NCBI GenBank assembly: GCA_014729775.1
Contig: WJJJ01000032.1
Span: 1 to 63,895 of the forward strand
Length of the DNA: 63,895 nt
Reading direction: 5' to 3'
Source of the DNA: Candidatus Omnitrophota bacterium
GTDB lineage: Bacteria; Omnitrophota; Gorgyraeia; Duberdicusellales; 4484-171
Numbering within the stretch: position 1 is the stretch's first letter; every line of letters starts with the position of its first letter. Made by a program: the position numbers and the translations under genes. The notes under the pieces were generated by a model. It ran no database searches, was not told the DNA's origin, and saw only the letters and a list, made by a program, of their open reading frames with translations. Of the stretch, positions 26,528 to 36,415 are shown one piece after another.

Positions 26528-27721
26528 ATGAAATATATCGTGATTGTACCTGATGGCGCGGCGGATTACCCGCTGGACGTGCTGGGCGGGAAAACGCCCC
26601 TGGAAGCAGCGGAAACTCCGCATATGGATCTTCTCGCGCGCCGGGGGGTGGTAGGCCGGGTGAAAACGGTACCTCCCGGATTCACTCCGTCGAGCGATGT
26701 GGCCAATCTCGCTTTGCTGGGATATTCTCCCCGGCAGTACTACACCGGCCGCGGGCCGCTTGAGGCGGCCAATATGGGGGTGGAACTGGAGCTTGAAGAC
26801 CTCGCCTTCCGCTGTAACCTGATCACCGAAGCCGAGGGGACTTTGTTGGATTACAGCGCCGGGCATATTAACGACAAGGAAGCCCGGATCCTGATCGAAT
26901 TTCTGCACGAGCGCCTGGGCACTGAACGGCTGCATTTTTTTCCGGGAAACAGTTACCGTCATTTGTTGGTATTGCGCCGGGGCGCGGAGCTCGGACTGCA
27001 GAACTTGGCTTACGCGCCGCCTCACGACATTATCGGCCGCAAGATCGAGGCTTATCTCCCGCGGGGCAGCCACAGCGAAATTCTCGTGGAGTTGATCCGG
27101 CGTTCTCACCAGCTGTTATCGGCGCATGAGATCAACAAGGTACGGGTTGATTTAGGAGAGAATCCGGCGAATATGATCTGGCTTTGGGGCTGCGGACAGA
27201 CGCCGTCGATGCCTTCATTTAAGGAAAAGTTCGGCATCGACGGCGCGGTAGTTTCAGCGGTGAACCTCATCAACGGGATGGGCAAGATCATGGGGCTGCG
27301 CATTCTCAAGGTTCCCGGAGCGACGGGGTATTACGATACGAACTATTTGGGAAAAGCAGAAGCCGCGATCGCGGCGCTTGACGAGGTCGATATGGCATTT
27401 ATTCACGTGGAGGCGACCGATGAGGCGGGACATAACCGGGATCTGCGGATGAAAATGACCTGTCTTGAGCGGATCGACAAACTGATCGTCGGGACGATTC
27501 TGGAACGCATGCGGGAAAGGGAAGTGAAAATCCTCATTTCTCCCGACCATCCCACGCCGGTGGAAAAACGGACGCATACCGATGAGCCGGTTCCGTTCCT
27601 CGTGTCTCCCTCAAGCGAGAGCCCCCAGCAGTTCGGTGCTTACTGTGAAAAAGAGGCGGCGAATTCGCCGCTGTATTTTGAGCAGGGAGACCGGTTAATG
27701 GAATATTTCTTACGCAGATGA
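26528..27721 (+). CDS. apgM: cofactor-independent phosphoglycerate mutase, archaeal type
   Basis: 'MKYIVIVPDGAADYPLDVLGGKTPLEAAETPHMDLLA' and 'HVEATDEAGHNRD' are ApgM hallmarks. Confidence 0.85.
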   Translation: MKYIVIVPDGAADYPLDVLGGKTPLEAAETPHMDLLARRGVVGRVKTVPPGFTPSSDVANLALLGYSPRQYYTGRGPLEAANMGVELELEDLAFRCNLITEAEGTLLDYSAGHINDKEARILIEFLHERLGTERLHFFPGNSYRHLLVLRRGAELGLQNLAYAPPHDIIGRKIEAYLPRGSHSEILVELIRRSHQLLSAHEINKVRVDLGENPANMIWLWGCGQTPSMPSFKEKFGIDGAVVSAVNLINGMGKIMGLRILKVPGATGYYDTNYLGKAEAAIAALDEVDMAFIHVEATDEAGHNRDLRMKMTCLERIDKLIVGTILERMREREVKILISPDHPTPVEKRTHTDEPVPFLVSPSSESPQQFGAYCEKEAANSPLYFEQGDRLMEYFLRR

Positions 27722-29286
27722 GCACGGTATTATTCGTGACGGTTTTGGTTTTGCTCGCGCTGGGATATTTTGTGTACGGCGCGTATATCAAAAAGCTGTT
27801 TCGTACCGGCCCCGACCGTCCCACTCCGGCAGTGACCCGCCGCGACGGGGTGGATTACGTCCCGGCCAGAAACTGGGTGATGCTGTTCGGCCATCATTTC
27901 GCTTCGATCGCCGGGGCCGGACCGATCGTCGGGCCGGTGCTGGCGTACATGTACTGGGGCTGGGCCGGGATTGTGGTCTGGCTTGTGTTCGGGTCAATCT
28001 TTCTCGGAGCGGTCCACGACTTTTGCGCGTTGTTCATTTCGATGCGGGAGGACGGCAGCAGCATCGGCCAGATCGCGGAACGTTACATTTCGCGCCGGGC
28101 AAGCCGGGTGCTGCTGGGATTTCTGTGGCTCGCGTTAATTCTGGTGATTGCGGTATTCGCCGCGGTATGCACCAAGAATTTTGTCCGGGAGCCGGATATC
28201 GTTCTGCCTTCGGCCGGGCTCATTCCCGTGGCGGTAGTGGTGGGGCTGTTGATCTACCGTCTGCGGCTTCCGGTGGTGTTCTCTACGGCGGTGGGGCTTG
28301 CCGGGCTGGGCGTCCTTATTTTTCTGGGAGAGAAGGTCCCGCTGGTCATTCCCGGGACTCACGCGGCGCAGTGGTGGTTTTTATTGCTGTTCGGGTACGC
28401 GTTTATCGCTTCGATCATCCCGGTGGACATTTTACTCCAACCCAGGGACTATATTTCCAGTTTTCTTCTTTTCGCCGGAATCGGAGTTTCCTGCGTGGGG
28501 ATATTCGCCCGTCCGCTTCCCTTTCCCGCCGGCGAAGCGTTCCGTTTTCACAGCCCGGGCGGACCTTTTTTCCCGTTGATGTTTATTACCGTCGCCTGCG
28601 GGGCGATTTCCGGGTTCCATTCGCTCGTGGCCAGCGGCACGACGTCCAAGCAGATCGCGTCCGAACGGGACGCGCCCAGGATCGGGTACGGTGCGATGAT
28701 TCTGGAAGGGGTGCTGGCGACGATCGCGCTCATCTGCATCGCGTTCGGGGTCCGCAGCGCGCCATCGACCGCGGATCCGATTGCGCTGTTTGCCCGGGGA
28801 TTTTCCACTATCGCCTTCTTTTTGGGAGACTATGCCAAGTTTTTCGCGCTGGTGATCCTGAGCGCGTTTATTTTGACCACTCTGGATACTGCAACCCGCA
28901 TCACGCGGTTTTTGACGCAGGAACTGTTCAAAGTGAGGAACAAATACGCCTCGACCGCGCTGGTGGTCGGCTGCGGGTACGCCCTGTGCGTGAGCGACAC
29001 CTGGCAGGCGCTGTGGCCGATGTTCGGGGCGTCCAATCAACTTGTCGCCGCGCTGGCGTTATTGGTCGCGGCGGCGTATCTGATCCACCATAAACAGCCC
29101 AGTGCGGCGGTGCTTATCCCCGCGGGGATAATGTTTTTCATCACCTTTGCCGCGCTCGCGGTGCAGACAGGGAAGTCGTTCCTCCAGCAGCAGTATCTGC
29201 TGACGCTGCTGAGCATGGTGTTAATGGTGCTCGGGGTTTTTATTCTATGGGAGTTCGTGCAAAAAAGGAAGCAATATGCCGGCTAA
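27718..29286 (+). CDS. cstA: carbon starvation protein A (peptide/pyruvate transporter)
   Basis: 522-aa polytopic membrane protein with 'FGHHFASIAGAGPIVGPVLA', typical of CstA. Confidence 0.85.
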   Translation: MSTVLFVTVLVLLALGYFVYGAYIKKLFRTGPDRPTPAVTRRDGVDYVPARNWVMLFGHHFASIAGAGPIVGPVLAYMYWGWAGIVVWLVFGSIFLGAVHDFCALFISMREDGSSIGQIAERYISRRASRVLLGFLWLALILVIAVFAAVCTKNFVREPDIVLPSAGLIPVAVVVGLLIYRLRLPVVFSTAVGLAGLGVLIFLGEKVPLVIPGTHAAQWWFLLLFGYAFIASIIPVDILLQPRDYISSFLLFAGIGVSCVGIFARPLPFPAGEAFRFHSPGGPFFPLMFITVACGAISGFHSLVASGTTSKQIASERDAPRIGYGAMILEGVLATIALICIAFGVRSAPSTADPIALFARGFSTIAFFLGDYAKFFALVILSAFILTTLDTATRITRFLTQELFKVRNKYASTALVVGCGYALCVSDTWQALWPMFGASNQLVAALALLVAAAYLIHHKQPSAAVLIPAGIMFFITFAALAVQTGKSFLQQQYLLTLLSMVLMVLGVFILWEFVQKRKQYAG

Positions 29287-30505
29287 AATTATTGTACAGA
29301 AATTCGGGGGGTCTTCGGTTGCGGACGTGCAGAAAATCGAAAACGTGGCCACGCGGGTGAATCGTTACGCCAAGCAGGGATATCGAATGGCGGTGGTCGT
29401 TTCGGCGATGGGGAAATCAACCAATGAGCTGATCGGGCTGGCCCGCCAAATCAATCCCTCTCCTTCCGAGAGAGAAATGGACATGCTGCTTTCCACCGGG
29501 GAGCGGGTGTCTTCTTCTCTGCTGGCGATGGCGCTCCATACCCGGGGAAGGGAAGCGATTTCGTTCACGGGGTCCCAGGTCGGCATTATCACCGATACCG
29601 TGCACACCAAAGCCAAGATCCTGAAAATCGAGACAAAAAGAATAAAAAAAGAACTGAACCGTGGTAAAATAGTAATCGTTGCCGGGTTCCAGGGAGTGAG
29701 CACGGATAAGGAGATTACCACGCTCGGACGGGGCGGATCCGACCTCAGCGCGGTCGCGCTGGCGGTGACGCTCAAGGCCGACATGTGCGAAATCTATACC
29801 GACGTGGACGGTATCTATACCGCGGATCCCCGGATCGTGCCGAACGCGAAAAAAATTTCGCGGATTACCTTTGACGAAATGCTCGAGCTGGCGGCGCGCG
29901 GCGCGCAGGTAATGCAGACCCGGGCGATAGAAGTCGCGAAGAAATTCAATCTGCCCTTGCACGTGAGGAGCAGCTTTTCCAGGAAGGAGGGCACAATTAT
30001 TATGGAAAAAATACCGCATATCGAAGCGGCGATTGTCCGCGGAATTTCCCTTACGGAAAGCGAAGCGAAAGTGACGGTATGCAATCTTCCGGATAAACCG
30101 GGGATCGCGGCAAAGATGTTTAATGAGTTGGCGCGCGGCAACGTGAACGTCGATATGATCGTACAGAACGTGAGCCATAAAAAAACTACCGACATTTCAT
30201 TTACCGTGCCGAAGGACACTCTTTCGAAAACGATGTCTCTTTCCCGAAAGATATCGAAGGCAATCGGCGCGGGCAGGGTCACCGCGGATGAGGATATCGC
30301 CAAAGTATCGCTGGTCGGGGTCGGAATGCGGTCTCATCCCGGCGTGGCGGCGCGCTGTTTCTCCGTGCTGGCAAAAAACAAAATTAATATCGAAATGATT
30401 TCCACGTCGGAAATCAGCATTTCCTGCGTGGTGCACAAAGAAGCGGGGAAAAAAGCGATGAAGGTTTTGCACAAGGAATTTAAACTGGGCAAGGGTAAAA
30501 AATGA
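29276..30505 (+). CDS. lysC: aspartate kinase
   Basis: 'IVQKFGGSSVADVQKIENVA' kinase N-terminus, with two C-terminal ACT domains. Confidence 0.9.
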   Translation: MPAKIIVQKFGGSSVADVQKIENVATRVNRYAKQGYRMAVVVSAMGKSTNELIGLARQINPSPSEREMDMLLSTGERVSSSLLAMALHTRGREAISFTGSQVGIITDTVHTKAKILKIETKRIKKELNRGKIVIVAGFQGVSTDKEITTLGRGGSDLSAVALAVTLKADMCEIYTDVDGIYTADPRIVPNAKKISRITFDEMLELAARGAQVMQTRAIEVAKKFNLPLHVRSSFSRKEGTIIMEKIPHIEAAIVRGISLTESEAKVTVCNLPDKPGIAAKMFNELARGNVNVDMIVQNVSHKKTTDISFTVPKDTLSKTMSLSRKISKAIGAGRVTADEDIAKVSLVGVGMRSHPGVAARCFSVLAKNKINIEMISTSEISISCVVHKEAGKKAMKVLHKEFKLGKGKK

Positions 30506-32073
30506 AAAAAATCACGTTATACGATACGACATTGAGAGATGGCGCGCAGACTGAGGGTGTTTCTTACTCATTGCATGATAAGATCATGATCGCCCAGCGG
30601 CTGGATGATTTCGGGATTGATTTCATCGAAGGGGGGTGGCCCTTTTCGAACCCGAAAGACCAGGAGCTTTTCGCCCATTTCAAGAAGCATTCCCTGAAAA
30701 AGGCGAAATTGGTGCCGTTCGGATCCACCGCGCACCCGTCCCGCCCTGCGTCCAGGGACAAAAATTTACAGAGCCTTATCGATGCCGGTACCGAATACGT
30801 GATCATTTTCGGGAAGACGTGGGATCTGCACGTGAAGGACGTGCTCAAGATCGGACTGGAACAGAACGTGCGTATTATCTATGAAAGCGTGAAATTCCTG
30901 GTAAAAAAAGGGAAACGCGTTTTTTATGACGCCGAGCACTTTTTCGACGGATACAAGGCCAATCCCGGCTACGCGCTAAAAACGGTCAAGGCGGCGCTCG
31001 ACGCCGGAGCCGAACTGCTGGTCTTATGCGATACCAACGGGGGAACGCTTCCCTGGGAAGTGCGGGAAGTCTGCGAACAGCTGAAGCTTTCGTCCGGCAT
31101 TTCGCGGTTCGGTATCCATTGCCACAATGATTTGGGTCTCGCGGCCGCGAATTCTCTTATGTGCGTGGGAAGCGGATGCGTGCACATTCAGGGCACGATG
31201 AACGGTTACGGAGAACGGTGCGGGAACACGGATTTAGTCACGGTGATCGGCGTGCTGCAGCAAAAAATGGGATGGCAGGCGGTGCGGCCGAAAAAGCTGG
31301 AAACGCTCACCGCGGTTTCTCATTTTGTGAGCGAAATCAGCAATATGGCCCACCGCGATAATCATCCGTTCGTCGGGCGCAGCGCGTTCGCCCATAAAGG
31401 AGGAGTGCACATCGACGCGGTCCTCAAGAAACCGGCCGCCTACGAACATGTCGAACCGTCGACCGTCGGGAATAAACGCCGGTTTCTGGTTTCGGAACTG
31501 GCCGGGAAATCGACGCTGGTCAATAAGGCAAAAGAACTGGAATTTGATTTGGATAAAAAGTCTCCCAAGGCAAAAAAGATGCACACGCTGATACAGGAAC
31601 TGGAAAGAGAAGGGTATCAGTTCGAAACGGCGGAAGCTTCTTTTAAACTGCTGATGCAGAAATCGTTTAAAAAATTCCGCAAGTTTTTCGATCTGCTCGG
31701 ATTCCGGGTAATTGTCGAAAAACGCGAAGATAACCGGCTGTTGTCGGAGGCTACGGTCAAACTGCGCATTAAAAAAGAACTGGAATTGACCGTCGCCGAA
31801 GGGGACGGGCCGGTAAACGCTTTGGATAACGCGCTCAGGAAGGCGTTGTTGAAATTTTACCCGTCGCTGGAAGAAGCGCATCTTACCGATTTCAAGGTCC
31901 GCGTGCTGAACGCAAAGGCGGGCACCGCCGCAAAGGTTCGGGTATTGATCGAGTCTCAGGACGCAGAAGAAAGCTGGGTCACGATCGGCGTGTCGGAGAA
32001 CATCATTGAAGCGTCCTGGGCGGCTCTTGTCGATTCCATTGAATACAAATTAATGAAGGATTCGGGAAAATAA
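30502..32073 (+). CDS. cimA: (R)-citramalate synthase
   Basis: 'LYDTTLRDGAQTEGVSYSLHDKIMIAQRLDDFGIDFIEGGWPFSNPKD' is the CimA-type LeuA-family N-terminus. Has a LeuA-dimer C-terminal domain. Confidence 0.8.
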   Translation: MKKITLYDTTLRDGAQTEGVSYSLHDKIMIAQRLDDFGIDFIEGGWPFSNPKDQELFAHFKKHSLKKAKLVPFGSTAHPSRPASRDKNLQSLIDAGTEYVIIFGKTWDLHVKDVLKIGLEQNVRIIYESVKFLVKKGKRVFYDAEHFFDGYKANPGYALKTVKAALDAGAELLVLCDTNGGTLPWEVREVCEQLKLSSGISRFGIHCHNDLGLAAANSLMCVGSGCVHIQGTMNGYGERCGNTDLVTVIGVLQQKMGWQAVRPKKLETLTAVSHFVSEISNMAHRDNHPFVGRSAFAHKGGVHIDAVLKKPAAYEHVEPSTVGNKRRFLVSELAGKSTLVNKAKELEFDLDKKSPKAKKMHTLIQELEREGYQFETAEASFKLLMQKSFKKFRKFFDLLGFRVIVEKREDNRLLSEATVKLRIKKELELTVAEGDGPVNALDNALRKALLKFYPSLEEAHLTDFKVRVLNAKAGTAAKVRVLIESQDAEESWVTIGVSENIIEASWAALVDSIEYKLMKDSGK

Positions 32074-32094
32074 TTTTTCCCCGGAGAGGATCCC

Positions 32095-33009
32095 GTGAGT
32101 GCTTCCCGCGTGTCTCTGAACGGACGTTTCCTTTTCCGGCGGCACACGCTTATCTACCTGCCTGCCGGCGGGGAGCGTAAGTCGTATCCGAAAGAGATCG
32201 TCGTTGAAGGCAGTTGGCGGCTGGACGTGCGCCGCCGGCTGGTATATGATATCGCGCGGTCACAGAACGCCGTATTCGGCAAATCGTTGTTCTTTGAGGG
32301 GAGGATAGAGGATGTGTCCGGGGACCGGTGCGAATTCGTCGTGCTGCACCGGACCACGCCCGCCCTGCGCCGTATCACCCGGATCACGCTTGCCGGAAAA
32401 TGGTCGGTTGATCCGGCGCTGCGGCTGCGATTTCAGATCCGGGGCGAACGGGGCCGCGGAGTGCTGGTGTGGACCGGACGGTGGAAGATGGCTGCCGGCA
32501 ATACCTTGACGTTTACCTACCGCCGTGAGCAGGCCCGGCGCCGGAGGACGGAAACCGTGCGAATACGCGGCCGGTGGAAATTGCGCGGCGGCGGGATCCG
32601 CTATGCGTTAACGCACGGGGAAAGGTCCGCGTTGGAATATTCCTTTGCCGGGGACTGGCCGTTGCGCGCCGGTGGAAAATCGGTCCTGAAGATGAAAGTT
32701 TCCGGGGTGCGTCCGGGCCGAAGCCGCCGCCGCGAACAATTCGTATGGTCGGGAACGTGGCGGATTGAACGGTCCCTCTTGAAATTCGAGTGGCGCGACA
32801 GCCGGGGACATCGGCGTGAATGGATTTTTTCCCTGCAGAAGCGGATCGGCCGCGGGAAATTCATCTGCCGGCTGCGCCTTCCGCGGCAGAAGCCGGTTTC
32901 AGTCGGATTAAAATGGGAAATCCCGGTGGCCGGCCGGGGTTCTTTGTTCCTTCGCGGCGTCTGGGGAAACGAGAAACGAATTGAGGGAGGGGTTTCTTTT
33001 CCCTGGTAA
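32095..33009 (+). CDS. hypothetical Arg-rich protein with ~7 G-x-W beta-hairpin-like repeats
   Basis: A GTG start is preceded by GGAGAGGA. Recurrent motifs are 'EGSWRLDV..RLVYDI', 'AGKWSVDPALRLRFQI', 'TGRWKMAAGNTLTFTY', 'RGRWKLRGGGIRYAL', 'SGTWRIERSLLKFEW' and 'RGVWGNEKRIEGGVSF'. No family was recognised. Confidence 0.4.
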   Translation: MSASRVSLNGRFLFRRHTLIYLPAGGERKSYPKEIVVEGSWRLDVRRRLVYDIARSQNAVFGKSLFFEGRIEDVSGDRCEFVVLHRTTPALRRITRITLAGKWSVDPALRLRFQIRGERGRGVLVWTGRWKMAAGNTLTFTYRREQARRRRTETVRIRGRWKLRGGGIRYALTHGERSALEYSFAGDWPLRAGGKSVLKMKVSGVRPGRSRRREQFVWSGTWRIERSLLKFEWRDSRGHRREWIFSLQKRIGRGKFICRLRLPRQKPVSVGLKWEIPVAGRGSLFLRGVWGNEKRIEGGVSFPW

Positions 33010-33029
33010 AAAGAGTGTGTATGAAAATG

Positions 33030-33057
33030 TTGTTATTTTTAACGGAAGTGGTATAAT
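33030..33057 (+). promoter_or_regulatory. sigma70-type promoter of the ilvBNC-leuA operon
   Basis: TTGTTA (33030-33035), 16 nt spacer, TATAAT (33052-33057), with an extended -10 TG at 33049-33050. Confidence 0.55.
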
Positions 33058-33107
33058 TTTACGATTATGAGCCTTTTACTGATCGAGCAGAACCAAAAAT
33101 TGAGAGG

Positions 33108-34790
33108 ATGAACATGAAAGGTGCACAGATACTGATCGAGAGTTTGAGAAAAGAAGGGGTTGAGGTCATGTTCGGGTATCCCGGGGGGTCGGTCATTCCG
33201 CTGTTTGACTTTTTGTATGACGCGCCGATCCGTTTTTTTCTTACCCGGCACGAACAGGCCGCGGCGCATGCGGCTGACGGATACGCCCGGGCGACCGGGA
33301 AAACCGGCGTGTGCGTGGCTACTTCCGGCCCGGGCGCGACCAATTTAACCACCGGAATCGCCACCGCGCACATGGATTCAGTGCCGATGGTGGCCATCAC
33401 CGGCCAGGTGAAGACTTCCCTGATCGGCAACGACGCGTTTCAGGAAGCCGACATGATCGGGATCACCCGTTCGATCACCAAGCACAACTATCTGGTGAAA
33501 CGGGTCGAGGATCTGGCCTATACGGTCAAAGAGGCGTTTTATCTCGCCAACAGCGGCCGTCCCGGACCGGTCCTGATCGATCTGCCGGTGGACGTGCAGC
33601 TGCAGGATGCCGAATTTGAGTATCCCGAACGGATCCACATGCGCACCTATAACCCGACACAGGAGGGACATCCCGGGCAGATCAAAAAAGCCTGGAAGCT
33701 TCTTTCCTCCGCGAAAAAACCGGTAGTGGTGGTGGGCGGCGGCGCGCTCGCTTCCGGCGCGCACGAAGAATGCGTGAAGTTTGCAGAGGCGCTCAAGGCG
33801 CCGGTGAGTACTACTCTCATGGGCTTAGGCGGGTTTCCCTCGTCGCATCCTGCTTCGCTGGGCATGCCCGGCATGCACGGAACGGTGTACGCGAATTTAG
33901 CGGTGACCGAAAGCGATCTGTTGATTTCCGTGGGATGCCGCTTTGACGACCGGGTGACGGGGAAGCTGACGGCGTTCGCTCCCGACGCCAAGATCATTCA
34001 TATTGATATCGATCCGACGTCGATTAGTAAAAATATTCATGTGGACATTCCCATTGTCGGCGACGCGAAAAAAGTCCTCAAGCAGTTTCTGGATGCGCGG
34101 CCGGAGAGTTTTCAGCCGCAGACCGACGCGTGGATGACGCAAATAAAAGAGTGGAAAGAAAAACACCCGCTGAAATATTCGGTGACCGACAGTCCGAAGA
34201 TCAAGCCGCAGCACGTGATAGAAGAACTTTACCGGCAGACGAAGGGGGAAGCGATTATTTCGACTGAAGTAGGCCAGAATCAGATGTGGGCGGCGCAGTT
34301 TTACCGCTATGACCATCCCCGGCATTTTCTTTCCTCCGGAGGACTGGGCACGATGGGCTACGGCTTCCCGGCGGCGATCGGCGCCAAAGTGGCGCGGCCG
34401 GAAAAGGAAGTGATCGTGATCGCCGGCGACGGGTCCATCCAGATGAATATTCAGGAGCTGGCGACGCTGAGCACCTACGGAGTAAACGTGAAAATAGTGA
34501 TCCTCAATAATCATTATCTGGGGATGGTGCGTCAGTGGCAGGAAATCTTTTACAAACGCCGTTATTCTGCTACTCCCTTGAAAAATCCTGATTTTGTCAA
34601 AGTGGCGCAGGGGTACGGGATTCACAGTCTCGAAGTGCATTCTCCCGATAAGGTGCCCGGGGCTATCAGGGATATTCTCGGACATGACGGACCGGTCATG
34701 GCTGATTTTCGCATTGCCGAAGAAGAGAACGTGTTTCCCATGGTGCCGGCCGGCGAAGCGATTAACCGTATGATCGGGGGAATGGCTTAA
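33108..34790 (+). CDS. ilvB: acetolactate synthase large subunit
   Basis: 560-aa ThDP enzyme with 'GVEVMFGYPGGSVIPLFD' and the ThDP motif 'GDGSIQMNIQELAT...NN'. Confidence 0.95.
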   Translation: MNMKGAQILIESLRKEGVEVMFGYPGGSVIPLFDFLYDAPIRFFLTRHEQAAAHAADGYARATGKTGVCVATSGPGATNLTTGIATAHMDSVPMVAITGQVKTSLIGNDAFQEADMIGITRSITKHNYLVKRVEDLAYTVKEAFYLANSGRPGPVLIDLPVDVQLQDAEFEYPERIHMRTYNPTQEGHPGQIKKAWKLLSSAKKPVVVVGGGALASGAHEECVKFAEALKAPVSTTLMGLGGFPSSHPASLGMPGMHGTVYANLAVTESDLLISVGCRFDDRVTGKLTAFAPDAKIIHIDIDPTSISKNIHVDIPIVGDAKKVLKQFLDARPESFQPQTDAWMTQIKEWKEKHPLKYSVTDSPKIKPQHVIEELYRQTKGEAIISTEVGQNQMWAAQFYRYDHPRHFLSSGGLGTMGYGFPAAIGAKVARPEKEVIVIAGDGSIQMNIQELATLSTYGVNVKIVILNNHYLGMVRQWQEIFYKRRYSATPLKNPDFVKVAQGYGIHSLEVHSPDKVPGAIRDILGHDGPVMADFRIAEEENVFPMVPAGEAINRMIGGMA

Positions 34791-34845
34791 TCCGTCTGTC
34801 CGGATACGCTTGAAAAACAACGCGAAAACCACGGAGAGGAAAAGA

Positions 34846-35319
34846 ATGAAGCATACCATTCAGGCAATCGTAGAGAACAAATTCGGCGTGCTCGCGCGGG
34901 TGGCGTCGTTATTCAGCGCGCGCGGATACAACATTGAATCGCTCGCGGTGGGCGAAACTCAGGATCCGAGCGTCTCCTGCATGACTCTCGTGGTCGACGC
35001 GCCGGATGAGCGGATCCTGGAACAGATAAAAAAACAGCTCCATAAACTGGTCAACGTGGTGACCGTGGTCGATTTTACCCGGAAGGAGTATCTCGACCGC
35101 GATCTTCTTCTCACTAAAATCGCCAAAAAAGACGGCGAGGAAGAAGCTTTGCGGGAACTGGAGCAGAAGTACCACGTGCGCATCCTGGAACAGAAAGAGA
35201 AGTATTATCTGCTGGAGATCACGACCGAACGGCATCACGAAGAAGATCTGCTGAGGACGTTAAAGAAAATCGGGATACTTGAACTTGTACGTACCGGCAG
35301 AATCGCGATCGGTAAATAA
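34846..35319 (+). CDS. ilvN: acetolactate synthase small (regulatory) subunit
   Basis: ACT domain 'HTIQAIVENKFGVLARVASLFSARGYNIESLAV'. ATG at 34846 is preceded by GGAGAGGA. Confidence 0.9.
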   Translation: MKHTIQAIVENKFGVLARVASLFSARGYNIESLAVGETQDPSVSCMTLVVDAPDERILEQIKKQLHKLVNVVTVVDFTRKEYLDRDLLLTKIAKKDGEEEALRELEQKYHVRILEQKEKYYLLEITTERHHEEDLLRTLKKIGILELVRTGRIAIGK

Positions 35320-35329
35320 AAAATTCTCT

Positions 35330-35348
35330 GACGCCGTACGGCGTCTTG
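35330..35348 (+). terminator. weak hairpin after ilvN
   Basis: Perfect 16-nt palindrome GACGCCGTACGGCGTC followed only by TTG. It may act as an attenuating or processing hairpin rather than a full terminator. Confidence 0.3.
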
Positions 35349-35415
35349 CGGATCACCGGGGCGCCTGCCGGCGGCGGGCGCGGAATTTCGATACAAGGGG
35401 AAAAGGAGGCTCGCA

Positions 35416-36405
35416 ATGGCAAAAGTGTATTATGATAAGGACGTGAAGAAGAACGAACTAAAAAATAAAACCGTCGCCGTGATCGGATACGGGGCCCAGG
35501 GGCGCGCGCAGGCGCTGAATTTGAGAGATTCAAAAGTGAAAGTGATCGTGTCCGAACTCCCCGGCACTCCCAATTACCGTCAGGCGGAGAAAGATGGGTT
35601 TATCCCGCTTCCCGCGGCCGAAGCCGCGAAAAAAGGCGACGTGGTGCATATGCTGACGCCGGACACGGTTCAGGCGAAAGTGTATCAGGCCGATATTGCG
35701 CCGCATCTGAAAAAAGGTAACGCCCTGGGGTTCTCCCACGGGTTCAATATTCATTTTCATCAGATCCTGCCGCCGCCGGGAGTGGACGTGTATATGGTGG
35801 CGCCCAAGGGACCGGGCACACTGGTGCGGGACATGTATGAGCAGGGGCAGGGAGTTCCCTGTCTGGTCGCCGTTGCCCAGGACGCGACAAAAAAGGCCAA
35901 AACCCTCGCGTTATCCTATGCCAAGGCGATCGGCGGAACCCGTGCCGGCGTACTGGAAACGACCTTCGCCGAAGAAACCGAAACCGATCTGTTCGGCGAA
36001 CAGGTGGTCTTGTGCGGCGGAGTGACCAAACTCATTCAGCGGGGGTTCGAGACTTTGGTTGAAGCGGGATATCAGCCGGAGGTGGCCTATTTTGAATGCC
36101 TCCATGAACTGAAGCTCATTACCGATCTGGTGTATTCCAAAGGGATCAGCGGCATGCGGCACGTGGTTTCCGATACCGCTGAGTACGGGGATCTAACCCG
36201 CGGCGGACGCGTGATCCCGGCGTCGGCGAAAACCGAAATGGTCAAGATCCTGGGGGAGATCCAGTCCGGCGCGTTCGCCCGCGAATGGATCCTGGAGAAC
36301 CAGGCCAACCGGCCGATGTTCCGGGCGCTCAGAAATCAGGAGAGCGAACACTTGATCGAAAAGGTCGGAAAAAAATTGAGAAAGATGATGCCCTGGATTA
36401 AATAG
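35416..36405 (+). CDS. ilvC: ketol-acid reductoisomerase
   Basis: '[20 protein letters not shown]' Rossmann motif. Class I KARI length (329 aa). Confidence 0.95.
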   Translation: MAKVYYDKDVKKNELKNKTVAVIGYGAQGRAQALNLRDSKVKVIVSELPGTPNYRQAEKDGFIPLPAAEAAKKGDVVHMLTPDTVQAKVYQADIAPHLKKGNALGFSHGFNIHFHQILPPPGVDVYMVAPKGPGTLVRDMYEQGQGVPCLVAVAQDATKKAKTLALSYAKAIGGTRAGVLETTFAEETETDLFGEQVVLCGGVTKLIQRGFETLVEAGYQPEVAYFECLHELKLITDLVYSKGISGMRHVVSDTAEYGDLTRGGRVIPASAKTEMVKILGEIQSGAFAREWILENQANRPMFRALRNQESEHLIEKVGKKLRKMMPWIK

Positions 36406-36415
36406 TTGGCCGGAT

